From Elusimicrobiota bacterium (GTDB taxonomy: Bacteria; Elusimicrobiota; Elusimicrobia; UBA1565; JACRDR01): a stretch of DNA of 64,000 nucleotides. The position numbers were made by a program, and so were the translations under genes. The notes beneath the pieces were generated by a model. It saw only the letters and a list, made by a program, of their open reading frames with translations, did no database searches and had not been told where the DNA came from. Below are positions 47,765 through 58,885 of the stretch, in pieces. Within the stretch, counting starts at the first letter, position 1. Each line of letters begins with the position of its first letter. The stretch lies in assembly GCA_041694815.1 (NCBI GenBank), contig JBGFSC010000033.1, positions 1 to 64,000 of the forward strand, written 5' to 3'.

Positions 47765-49285
47765 ATGCTCGCCAAGGTCTGGTCCGCGGGGGTCCGCGGC
47801 GTCGACGGCTATCCCGTATCCGTGGAACTCGACATCGCCAACGGCCTGCCGGGCTACACCACCGTCGGCTTGCCGGACAGCGCCGTGCGCGAGTCCCGGG
47901 AACGCGTCCTCAGCGCCTTGCGCAACTCGGGATTCCAATTCCCTCCGCGCCGGGTCACGGTCAACCTGGCGCCGGCGCAGCTGCGCAAGCGCGGCACCCA
48001 GTTCGACCTTCCGGTCGGGCTGGGACTCTTGGCCGCCTCGGGCCAGCTTCCCGCCGGCGACTGGATGCGGCGCTACTGCTTCCTGGGGGAGCTGGCCTTG
48101 GACGGGAGCGTGAGGCCCGTCTCCGGGGTGCTGCCCATGGCCGCGGCGGCCCTTTCGGCCGGGGCCCAGGGGGTGCTGCTCGCGCGCGAGAATTCGGGCG
48201 AGGCGGCGGCCGTGGGGATCAAGAGCTACGGCGTCTGCACCCTGCAGGAGGCAGTGCAATTCGTCGCCGGCGCCTCCGCCCTGCCGCCTGCCCGCGCTCC
48301 CCGGCCCAAGCCCATCCTTCGCGGCGAGGACATCGCGGATGTCCGGGGGCAGAGCCTGGCCAAACGGGCCCTCGAGGTCGCGGCGGCCGGAGGGCATCAC
48401 CTTCTTTTAAGCGGGCCTCCGGGCTCCGGCAAGACCATGCTCGCCCGGCGCCTGCCCGGGCTGCTTCCCCCGTTGAGTCGCGGCGAATCGCTGGAGCTCG
48501 CGAGGATACTTTCGGTACGCGGCGAGGCCGCCAGTCGCTGTTGGCCCTCGGAACGCCCCTTCCGCGCGCCTCACCACGGTGCCACCATGGCGGCGCTCAT
48601 CGGGGGCGGGCCCTACTGCCGGCCGGGCGAGATATCGATGGCGCATCGCGGCGTTTTATTCTTGGACGAGCTGCCGGAATTCAAGCGCGAGGCGCTGGAG
48701 GCGCTCCGCGTTCCCTTGGAAACGCGGCGCGTGCTGGTCTCCCGAATCAAGGAGACCGTCGAATACCCGGCCGATTTCATCCTCGTGGCGGCGCAGAATC
48801 CCTGCCCCTGCGGCTTTCTGGGGCACCCGACGCGCCCCTGCCGCTGCGGCCCGCGCGCGGTGGACGCCTACCGGCGGAGAATTTCGGGGCCCCTGCTTGA
48901 GCGCATTGACCTGCGCATCGAGGTCTCGCCGCTTCCCTTCTCCGATTGGAACGCCGACGGTCCCTGCGCCGGAGCGGAGACTTCGGCGGCGGTGCGCGAG
49001 CGGGTGTCGCGGGCGCGCCGCAGGCAGGCGGCCCGCCTGGGTGAGGGCCGAGACAATGCTTCGCTTGGGCCCGCCGAGCTGCGCCGCCACTGCGCGTTCG
49101 CGGACCGGGGGCGGGCCCTGCTCGAGGCCGCCGCCTCCCGCTGGGGTCTGTCGGCCCGGAGCCTCGACCGGATATTGAAGGTCGCCCGCACCCTGGCGGA
49201 CTTGGCGGACTCGCCGAAGTTGGAGACCCCGCATTTGACCGAGGCGATCGCGTTATGCGCCGAAAACACAGGCACGGAGGTTTGA
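47765..49285 (+). CDS. comM: ComM/YifB Mg-chelatase-like ATPase
   Basis: VGLPD.AVRES, GPPGSGKTM, PFRAPHH, LFLDELPEF, NPCPCG. Confidence 0.93.
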   Translation: MLAKVWSAGVRGVDGYPVSVELDIANGLPGYTTVGLPDSAVRESRERVLSALRNSGFQFPPRRVTVNLAPAQLRKRGTQFDLPVGLGLLAASGQLPAGDWMRRYCFLGELALDGSVRPVSGVLPMAAAALSAGAQGVLLARENSGEAAAVGIKSYGVCTLQEAVQFVAGASALPPARAPRPKPILRGEDIADVRGQSLAKRALEVAAAGGHHLLLSGPPGSGKTMLARRLPGLLPPLSRGESLELARILSVRGEAASRCWPSERPFRAPHHGATMAALIGGGPYCRPGEISMAHRGVLFLDELPEFKREALEALRVPLETRRVLVSRIKETVEYPADFILVAAQNPCPCGFLGHPTRPCRCGPRAVDAYRRRISGPLLERIDLRIEVSPLPFSDWNADGPCAGAETSAAVRERVSRARRRQAARLGEGRDNASLGPAELRRHCAFADRGRALLEAAASRWGLSARSLDRILKVARTLADLADSPKLETPHLTEAIALCAENTGTEV

Positions 49286-49286
49286 G

Positions 49287-50003
49287 ATGATCAACGCGTG
49301 GTTGTTATCCGTTTTACTTTGTAGGGCGGCGTCGGCTGAACGCAGCCATACGGTGGTCGAGAAGGACACGCTGTGGGACCTGGCCTCCCGTTACTACGGC
49401 GACCCGTTCCAGTGGAGGAAGATCTCGGAGGCGAATCCTCCCCCCGAGGTGCGCGACCCGCATTGGATATATCCCGGCCAACGCCTGATCATCCCGGACC
49501 TCGAGGCGGCGGGGCAGCCGCAAGATCAAGCCGAAGAAAAGCCAGAAGCCGAGCCCGCGCCTATCGCCGCCGCTCCGCCGCCGGAGCCGGCCGTAGAGCC
49601 GGCTCCCGCTCCACCCGCTCAGGTGGCGAGCGAATCCATTTCGACGAGATTCCCGGAGGGCCTCGTCGCCCAGCCGCCCTCCAATGTCCGCCTACTCGCC
49701 AAGCCTGGCTGGTCGGCGGATGGGGCCGTCAGCGGCTTCGAAGGGCAGGAATCCATGGCCGCCGAGGGCGATCTCATCGACATCCGTCTCAAGCCAGGGC
49801 TGTCGGCCTCGCCGGGAGAGCGCTTCTTCGTCTTCCGCAAGGCCGCGCCCGGCGAGGCGGACGCCGACAAGAAGGCGACGTATCTAGTTGAGATCGGCAG
49901 GATACGGATCAAGAAGGTCCTGGCCGACGGCGGCTATCGCGCCGTGATACTCAAATCGAACGATTCCCTGCAGATCGCAGACCTCGTCCAGCGAGGGGGG
50001 TAA
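49287..50003 (+). CDS. Secreted LysM-domain protein
   Basis: HTVVEKDTLWDLA..YYGDPFQW, PHWIYPGQ. Confidence 0.88.
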   Translation: MINAWLLSVLLCRAASAERSHTVVEKDTLWDLASRYYGDPFQWRKISEANPPPEVRDPHWIYPGQRLIIPDLEAAGQPQDQAEEKPEAEPAPIAAAPPPEPAVEPAPAPPAQVASESISTRFPEGLVAQPPSNVRLLAKPGWSADGAVSGFEGQESMAAEGDLIDIRLKPGLSASPGERFFVFRKAAPGEADADKKATYLVEIGRIRIKKVLADGGYRAVILKSNDSLQIADLVQRGG

Positions 50004-50007
50004 TGGT

Positions 50008-50406
50008 ATGGAATTCGACGGCTTAAAGAAGCTTCTCTGGTTCTTGGCGATACTCATCGGGCTGGGCCTCTACGTCCGCTCCCATTACGACTTTCAGGAC
50101 GCGCTGCGCTTCTCCAGGCGGCACCCGCACCCGAAACTGTCGCCGGCCGTGGATTATTATTCGGGCATGGCCTATTACCTGCGCGAGGATTACCCGCGCG
50201 CGGTGGACGCCTTCACGCAGCTGCTGACGGACTACCCCACCTCCTACTACGCGCCGCGCGGCCTCTTGAGGCTGGGCAGCAGTCATATGGAGATGCGGCA
50301 ATACCAGCAGGCCCGCGAGGCGTTCGAGAAATACATGGAGGAATTCCCTAATGGCAAGGACAGGGCCTTGGTCGATTCCAAATACGAATTCATCAAGTTC
50401 CGATGA
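50008..50406 (+). CDS. Membrane-anchored TPR protein
   Basis: N-terminal TM and two TPR motifs. Confidence 0.75.
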   Translation: MEFDGLKKLLWFLAILIGLGLYVRSHYDFQDALRFSRRHPHPKLSPAVDYYSGMAYYLREDYPRAVDAFTQLLTDYPTSYYAPRGLLRLGSSHMEMRQYQQAREAFEKYMEEFPNGKDRALVDSKYEFIKFR

Positions 50407-50798
50407 GCCCCGCGCCGCAGCCGCCTTTCGCCGGGCTCGTCCGCGAGCGGATGCGCGAGCGGGGCATCGGCCTTCGTGAGCTCTGCCGCGCCGTGCGCCT
50501 CGACCCCTCCTTCTTCTCCAAGGTGCTCGCTGGCAAGCGCAGCCCTCCCTCCGAGGAGGCCGTGCTTCGCCGCATCGCCGAGGCCCTGGCCATGGACGCC
50601 TCCGCCCTCGTCGTATCCGCCGGCCGCATCCCGATGGAATGGAGCGGCGTATGGAAGGACCCCGGCCTTTTCGAGTCCATGCATCGACTGGCTCTCCGGG
50701 GCGTCCAGGCTCCCGTCCGGCAGGCCGCTTCCTCGTGGTCGACCGGGCCCGAGCGCAAGGTGGCCAAGGCCAAGGCGTTCGGCGACGAATTGCTGTGA
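50403..50798 (+). CDS. XRE-family helix-turn-helix protein
   Basis: GLRELCRAVRLDPSFFSKVLAGKRSPPS. Confidence 0.8.
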   Translation: MSPAPQPPFAGLVRERMRERGIGLRELCRAVRLDPSFFSKVLAGKRSPPSEEAVLRRIAEALAMDASALVVSAGRIPMEWSGVWKDPGLFESMHRLALRGVQAPVRQAASSWSTGPERKVAKAKAFGDELL

Positions 50799-51668
50799 CG
50801 GCGGCCGAGGAGCGCCGGCTTTCGCGGGAGCAATTCCCGGCTCTATTAGCCTCCATCGAGGATGCGCCCCAGGCGCTGCACGTCCGCGGCGATCTCGACG
50901 AGGGCCCCGCGGTGGCCATCGTAGGCTCGCGCAGGCCGACCCCCTACGGTTGCCGGGTCGCGCGGGCACTGGCCTCGGGCGCCGCCGCGGCCGGCTTGCG
51001 CGTGGTCAGCGGACTGGCCCGAGGCATCGACGCCCGGGCGCATGAGGCGGCGCTGGAGGCCGGAGGGAAGACCTGGGCCGTGCTCGGCTCGGGACTGGGC
51101 CGCGTCTACCCTCCCGAGCATCGCGGGCTGGCCGAGCGCATCGTCTCGGCGGGCGGCGCGTTGCTGAGCGAATACCCGTTCGACCGCGGCCCCGAGGCGT
51201 ATCACTTCCCGATGCGCAACCGTATCCTAGCTGGGCTCTCGTGGGCGACGGTCGTCGTCGAGGGCGACATGAAGTCCGGCTCCCTGATCACGGCGCGCGA
51301 GGCGCTCAAGCAGGGGCGGCAGGTCCTGGCCGTCCCTGGTCCCGTCGATTCGCCGATGAGCGAGGGGCCGAACTGGCTTCTGCAAAACGGGGCGGCCCCG
51401 GCCTGCGGCGTCGAGGACATCCTGGGCGCCCTCCCGCCTTCCGTTAGGTCCCAGTTGGACGCCTCCGGTGTCACGCCCGGCCGCGGCGAAGGCGCCGGGC
51501 AAGGCGATACTACACCTGAGGAGCAAAAAATCTTAGAATTACTCGGCCCGAATTGCCGTCACTTAGACGAGATCGTCTGGGAGACGGGGATGGACGCCTC
51601 GGCCTTGTCCCGGATCCTGGTGGGTCTGCGGATGAAGGATTTGATCGGCGCGTATCCCGGGCAGCGTT

Positions 51669-51682
<14 letters not shown>
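50795..51682 (+). CDS. dprA: DNA processing protein DprA
   Basis: VAIVGSR, VSGLARGID, FPMRNRI, SGSLITA. Confidence 0.95.
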
Positions 51683-53981
<2,299 letters not shown>

Positions 53982-53996
53982 AGAGACCCAACGGTC

Positions 53997-54899
53997 GTGG
54001 CAGACGATTTAGCTTATTGGATCCAACGCTTCCTGCTGCATCTGCGTTCCCAGCGCAATTATTCCGCGCACACCCTGCGCTCCTATTCTGGCGACCTCAA
54101 GCGGTTTGAGGCTTTCATGGCGAAGCAGGGCGCCGGGGCGTCCGGCCTGGAGCGCCGGCATGTCCGCGCCTATCTGGCCTCGCTGCAGGCGGCCGGGGGC
54201 AAGCGCAGTTCCCTGCTGCGAAGGATGGCCAGCCTGCGTTCCTTGCGCGCATTCCTCATCGAGCAGGGGGTCCTCGCGCGCGACCCGTTTTTGGCCGTCC
54301 GTCTTCCCAAGAAGGAGTCGCGGCTGCCCAAGTTCTTGACCGAATCGGAAATGAGCTCGCTGCTCTCGGCCCTGCCCGACCGTCGCGGAGGCTTCGACTG
54401 GCCCGAGCGCGACCTGGCGATACTGGAGCTGCTCTACTCCTGCGGGCTGCGCCGCTCGGAGCTGCACGGGCTCAACGTGGCCGACGTGGATTTCCTGGGC
54501 GGGGCCCTGCGCGTGACGGGTAAGGGTTCCAAGGAACGGGTCGTTCCCATCGGCGAGCGCGCGCTCAAGACGCTGCGCCGCTACCTGGCCTCGCGCAAGA
54601 GCGCGGGCGGGGAGGCGGGTGGAGAGGCGCTTTTCCTCAACGCGCGTGCTGGAAGGCTTTCGGAGGAGGGCATCGCCTTCATTCTCCGCCGCTGGGCGAA
54701 GGCCGCGGGTTTCCTTAAACCCGTATCGCCGCATCTATTCCGCCACAGCTTCGCCACGCATCTGGTCTCGCGCGGCTGCGACTTGAGAAGCGTCCAGGAA
54801 ATGCTCGGGCATAAGAATATCTCCAATACCCAGATTTACACGCATCTCTCGCTCGAGCACATTAAGGAAGTCTATCGGCAGAGCCACCCCCGCGCATGA
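53997..54899 (+). CDS. xerC: Tyrosine recombinase XerC
   Basis: LYSCGLR, GKGSKER, HLFRHSFATH, LGH, TQIY; topA-xerC synteny. Confidence 0.88.
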   Translation: MADDLAYWIQRFLLHLRSQRNYSAHTLRSYSGDLKRFEAFMAKQGAGASGLERRHVRAYLASLQAAGGKRSSLLRRMASLRSLRAFLIEQGVLARDPFLAVRLPKKESRLPKFLTESEMSSLLSALPDRRGGFDWPERDLAILELLYSCGLRRSELHGLNVADVDFLGGALRVTGKGSKERVVPIGERALKTLRRYLASRKSAGGEAGGEALFLNARAGRLSEEGIAFILRRWAKAAGFLKPVSPHLFRHSFATHLVSRGCDLRSVQEMLGHKNISNTQIYTHLSLEHIKEVYRQSHPRA

Positions 54900-55837
54900 A
54901 AGACAAGATCACGCTGCTTATGGAGGAAACCGGCTGCGAGCAGGGGGAAGCCGAGCTGGCGCTGGAGCTTTGCGGCTATGAGCTGGAAAAGGCCGTGGCC
55001 GCCGTGCCGCGCCTTTTTCAAAATATTATAGTTTTGAAGGGGAAATTTAAGGAAGAGGTGGAGGGACTATACGGCCTTCTCCTCATAATCTTGAATCTGC
55101 GCGAACACTCCCTACTGCGCGCCAAATCGGTTGTTTCGTACAACCCGGCCATCTACGCCGCCTCCCTGGAGCAGAACTGGTTCGAGTTCGAGAAACATCT
55201 CTATGCCTCGCGGCTTTGGGAGGGGACCCTGCAGCCCTTGAGCCAGGAGATCGAGCAGCTCATGACCGGGTATTTCAGCTCTGAGGAATCGGCGCCCTTT
55301 TACTCTGATAGCCGGGGCCTGCCGGTGCAGCAGGAGACGCTGGCATTGAGATCCTTGTTGGGCAGGCGCTTCGCCGCCGAAGGCTTCCGCTTGTTGCTCC
55401 AACGCGACGTGCTGGACATGGGCCAGTTCCAGGAGATACGCCCTTACGCCGGAAACGGGCGCCGCCCGGGGACGCGGCGCAGAGGCCCGTCCCGTGGGGG
55501 GCCGCTGATTTTGCGCATCACGCTCGAGGGTTCGCCCGATGGAGTGGAGGCGGCCGACCTGCGGGCGGGGGACATGGTCTACGCCCAGATCACCGACACG
55601 CGGGATATCGCCCAGTACCTTTCTAAGCTATTCGGGCCCGGCGCCTCGGAGGACACGAGCTCACTGCTCGTGCCGGTAGAGGCGGTCGAAAGCGGCCCTA
55701 GCCAGGAGATCGGCATCCGCGTCCGTTTCTCGCTGGGCGTTTGCGGAGACGTGAACGTGGCTCCGGAGACGAGGCTCAAGGTGATTCGCCGTTCGTCGAG
55801 ATCGAAGGAGTCTTGGTGGAAGAAGTTCTTTGGGTAA
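54896..55837 (+). CDS. Hypothetical protein with N-terminal UBA/EF-Ts-like helical motif
   Basis: KITLLMEETGCEQGEAELALELCGYELEKAV; ATGA overlap with xerC. Confidence 0.65.
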   Translation: MKDKITLLMEETGCEQGEAELALELCGYELEKAVAAVPRLFQNIIVLKGKFKEEVEGLYGLLLIILNLREHSLLRAKSVVSYNPAIYAASLEQNWFEFEKHLYASRLWEGTLQPLSQEIEQLMTGYFSSEESAPFYSDSRGLPVQQETLALRSLLGRRFAAEGFRLLLQRDVLDMGQFQEIRPYAGNGRRPGTRRRGPSRGGPLILRITLEGSPDGVEAADLRAGDMVYAQITDTRDIAQYLSKLFGPGASEDTSSLLVPVEAVESGPSQEIGIRVRFSLGVCGDVNVAPETRLKVIRRSSRSKESWWKKFFG

Positions 55838-55914
55838 TTCTCGCGAGAAACCTCGAACTTCGTCGCGCGAAGCGCGACGAAGTCACGCGCCCGAGGCGCG
55901 TAAAAGTCGCCGTT
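55838..55914 (-). repeat. MITE/REP-like family A, half copy in reverse orientation
   Basis: Reverse complement closely matches about 6273-6348. Confidence 0.8.
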
Positions 55915-55933
55915 TAGTAGTTACGGAGGCATC

Positions 55934-57223
55934 ATGCCGGCCTTGGTCGTCGTAGGCGCCCAGTGGGGCGATGAGGGAAAGGGCAAGATCGTCGACTTCC
56001 TCAGCCGCGGGGCCGACATGGTGGTCCGCTACCAGGGAGGCAATAACGCCGGGCATACCATCATTTTCAAAGGACGCCCGCTCGCCCTGCACCTGATCCC
56101 ATCCGGCATCTTGTTCGCCGGCAAGCGCAACGTCATCGGAAACGGCGTCGTCGTCAGCCCGGGCGCGTTCCGCGACGAGGTGCGCCTGCTGCAGGCCCGT
56201 GGCGTGCGCGTGCGCGGCCGGCTCTTTGTGAGCCTGGGCGCGCACGTGATCCTTCCCTACCACATCGTGCTCGACGGGCTGCGGGAGGAGGGCGGCAGGG
56301 GTATCGGCACGACCAAGAAGGGCATCGGTCCTTGCTACGAGGACAAGGTCGCGCGCATCGGCATCCGCGTCTGTGATTTCCTCGACCCGGAACTGTTCAA
56401 GTCCCTGGTGGAGCAGAACCTGCGCGTCCGGGCGGTGGAATTGGGCGCGGGCCCCAAGCCCTTGGCTCAGATCCGCCGTGAGGTATTCGGCGACTACGGC
56501 GCCTTGCGGGCCTTCCTTAAGCCCTTTGCGGTCGACACGCCCCCGATCATCAACGAGGCATTGAGCCGAGGGCGGCGGGTGCTTTTCGAGAGCGCGCAGG
56601 GCGCCATGCTCGATCTGGATTTCGGGACCTACCCGTTCGTGACTTCCTCCAATCCGGTCGCCGGAGGCGCCTGCATCGGCGCGGGCGTCGGCCCAAGCCA
56701 GGTCGGCCATATCTTGGGGGTCACCAAGGCCTACACCACCCGCGTAGGCCTGGGCCCGTTCCCTACGGAGCTCGACGGGCATATCGGGCGCTACCTCCGC
56801 GAGAAGGGCAAGGAGTACGGCGCTACGACGGGCAGGCCCCGGCGCATCGGCTGGCTCGACCTGGTCCAGCTCAAGCGCGCCATCCTCGTCAGCGGGATCC
56901 GTTCGCTTGTGATGACCAAGCTCGACACGCTCGCCAACGTGCATCCCGTCAAGGTCTGCGTCGCCTACCGGCTGGGCCGCAAGAGGCTGGCGGCGTTCCC
57001 CATGGGACGCCGGGAGCAGCTCGAATGCGAGCCCGTTTACGAGACCCTGCCCGGCTTCAGCGGGGATTTTACGGGGATCCGCCGCTTCGACGCGCTGCCC
57101 AAGGCCGCGCGGGATTATGTGGCCTGGGTGGAGAAGCGCCTGGAGACACCGATCGATATCGTGTCGGTGGGCCAGAGGCGGGAAGAGACGATCGTCCGCC
57201 GGCCGAATTCCGCTTGGAAATAA
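55934..57223 (+). CDS. purA: Adenylosuccinate synthetase
   Basis: QWGDEGKGK, GGNNAGHT, GTYPFVTSS, TTGRPRR. Confidence 0.97.
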   Translation: MPALVVVGAQWGDEGKGKIVDFLSRGADMVVRYQGGNNAGHTIIFKGRPLALHLIPSGILFAGKRNVIGNGVVVSPGAFRDEVRLLQARGVRVRGRLFVSLGAHVILPYHIVLDGLREEGGRGIGTTKKGIGPCYEDKVARIGIRVCDFLDPELFKSLVEQNLRVRAVELGAGPKPLAQIRREVFGDYGALRAFLKPFAVDTPPIINEALSRGRRVLFESAQGAMLDLDFGTYPFVTSSNPVAGGACIGAGVGPSQVGHILGVTKAYTTRVGLGPFPTELDGHIGRYLREKGKEYGATTGRPRRIGWLDLVQLKRAILVSGIRSLVMTKLDTLANVHPVKVCVAYRLGRKRLAAFPMGRREQLECEPVYETLPGFSGDFTGIRRFDALPKAARDYVAWVEKRLETPIDIVSVGQRREETIVRRPNSAWK

Positions 57224-57253
57224 AGCCTTAAATCCGTGTCAAGGGCCTAGGTC

Positions 57254-57281
57254 TTGACAGGCCAAGGGCATCTGCTATACT
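57254..57281 (+). promoter_or_regulatory. Sigma70-type promoter
   Basis: TTGACA-16 nt-TATACT with extended -10 TG. Confidence 0.75.
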
Positions 57282-57291
57282 TCGACTGTTG

Positions 57292-57372
57292 TACCGATAA
57301 ACCGGCAAACCCTCCGCGAGGAGGGGGCGCAAAGCGTAGGGCCTGGAGGTCCAGGTCGCCTGGCTACCGAAG
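57292..57372 (+). ncRNA. c-di-GMP-I (GEMM) riboswitch
   Basis: GGCAAAC-CCTCC-GCGA-GGAGG-GG-GCGCAAAGC...GGGCCT...AGGT...GCTACCGA: GNRA-capped stem and conserved flanks of GEMM. Confidence 0.85.
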
Positions 57373-57480
57373 ACAACAGTAGGTTCCGGGGTCGCGCAGC
57401 TGGAGTTCCCGTTTCCGCCCGGCCTTGACTGGCTATCTTCGGGATAGAGGGGTGAGATAGTCAGCGAGGCCGGGCCTTTT

Positions 57481-58011
57481 ATGGGCAACGGGAGGCGCTT
57501 GAAAGGGAATATCGAGGCGGCTTGGGCGTACTGCGGATGGACCGCGTGGCTCGCGGTCTGGGGGTATTGCCTCCCCGCCCCCGCGTACGCCGAGCCGGCT
57601 CCGGTGGGGTTAGAGGCCCAAGGAGTCGATCCTTGGGCCGCTTTGCATAGTCGCGACCTGGACGTGCGTGACGCCTTCAATCGCCCGGTATCCAGGCGCC
57701 TCATCGAGGGCCAAATCAAGGCGGCATCCTCCGGGGCCCGGGATTCGGTCTCATTTTTCTCCAGGCTTCCCAAGGCGCGCTCGGTGCTGGTCTCCTTGGA
57801 ACGGATGCTGATAGCCAGCTGCGGCCTGGCGGCGCCCTCGCCATGGTCCGGTTTACGTATCGCCGTCACTTCCTGGCTGTGCCGCCCGTCGCCCAAGATC
57901 TCGGTGTTCTGGGCCTTCCTGAGTGTCGCCTCGGCTGCCGCTGCGTCGATTTCGCTGGTCGTCATGCAACCCCGCAAAATCGCCTCCCCCGCGCCGGTCC
58001 TGCGCTGTTAA
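57481..58011 (+). CDS. Possible membrane/secreted hypothetical protein downstream of the riboswitch
   Basis: ORF with two hydrophobic stretches; no recognisable domain. Confidence 0.4.
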   Translation: MGNGRRLKGNIEAAWAYCGWTAWLAVWGYCLPAPAYAEPAPVGLEAQGVDPWAALHSRDLDVRDAFNRPVSRRLIEGQIKAASSGARDSVSFFSRLPKARSVLVSLERMLIASCGLAAPSPWSGLRIAVTSWLCRPSPKISVFWAFLSVASAAAASISLVVMQPRKIASPAPVLRC

Positions 58012-58110
58012 TTCCCGTAAAAGCCCCGTAACAAGTTCCCTGTACAGTTGTTGAAGTTTTGCCGCTCGAGCATTCGGTTTGACGTGGAAAACGAGGAGGA
58101 ATTTTAAGCC

Positions 58111-58884
58111 ATGCCGTTTTACGCGCGCGCGCGCTTCTATAGCGTCCTGATGTGGATCGCCGGGCCGGCGCTTGGGGGTGATGTGCTCCAGAAAGAACTC
58201 GGCCGCATGTCCGACCGAAACCCCGCCGTTCGACGGCAGGCGGCCGCTCGGCTGGCTCATGCCGAAGGGCGCTCGGCTGCGGCGGCGCTCGAGTCCGCCC
58301 TGAAGGATTCCGACGCTTCCGTCCGCCGCGAGGCCGCGCTGGCCCTGGGCCTGCGCGGGTCTCTGGGGTCCGCCCAAGTCCTGATCTCCTGCCTCAAGGA
58401 CCGGGACGCGCAGGTCCGCCAGGGCTGCATCCGGGCGCTGGGACTGATCCGGGCACCCCAGGGGGTCGCACCGCTGTCTTCGGAGCTTAAGCGCGGGGAC
58501 GCGCATGAGAAGGCGGCGGTCTTGGAAAGCCTGGGCCATATAGGCGGCCCCGAGGCTTTCGGCGCCGTCCGCGATGCCTTGAGCGCCTTGCGCGGGAACC
58601 GTCGCCGTGGAGCGCCTATCGATCAGCCCCTGATGCAGGAGGAAGAGGCGATCCGGGCCTTAGGCAGGCTGGGCCGACCCGAGGGAATCCCCTTGGCGAA
58701 AGAGGGACTGAGCTCTCCGGACGATCGCATCCGCGCGGTTTCCTGCTTGGCACTGGCTCGGATGGGCGACGGCTCCGAGCGCCTGCGCTGCGCGGCCCTT
58801 CTGTCTCATCCGGACCCGTTGGTCCTCAAGGATGCGGCCGAGGCCTTGAGCCGGATGGAAGCAAGGGAGAAGGCGCGGGAATAA
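58111..58884 (+). CDS. HEAT/PBS-lyase repeat protein
   Basis: Repeated LKD.D..VR..AA.ALG. Confidence 0.85.
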   Translation: MPFYARARFYSVLMWIAGPALGGDVLQKELGRMSDRNPAVRRQAAARLAHAEGRSAAAALESALKDSDASVRREAALALGLRGSLGSAQVLISCLKDRDAQVRQGCIRALGLIRAPQGVAPLSSELKRGDAHEKAAVLESLGHIGGPEAFGAVRDALSALRGNRRRGAPIDQPLMQEEEAIRALGRLGRPEGIPLAKEGLSSPDDRIRAVSCLALARMGDGSERLRCAALLSHPDPLVLKDAAEALSRMEAREKARE

Positions 58885-58885
58885 T

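Noticed and set aside
53997..54899. Tyrosine recombinase as prophage or integron integrase
   Set aside because: dprA-topA-xerC context is housekeeping; no phage genes, att sites or IntI-type insertion seen
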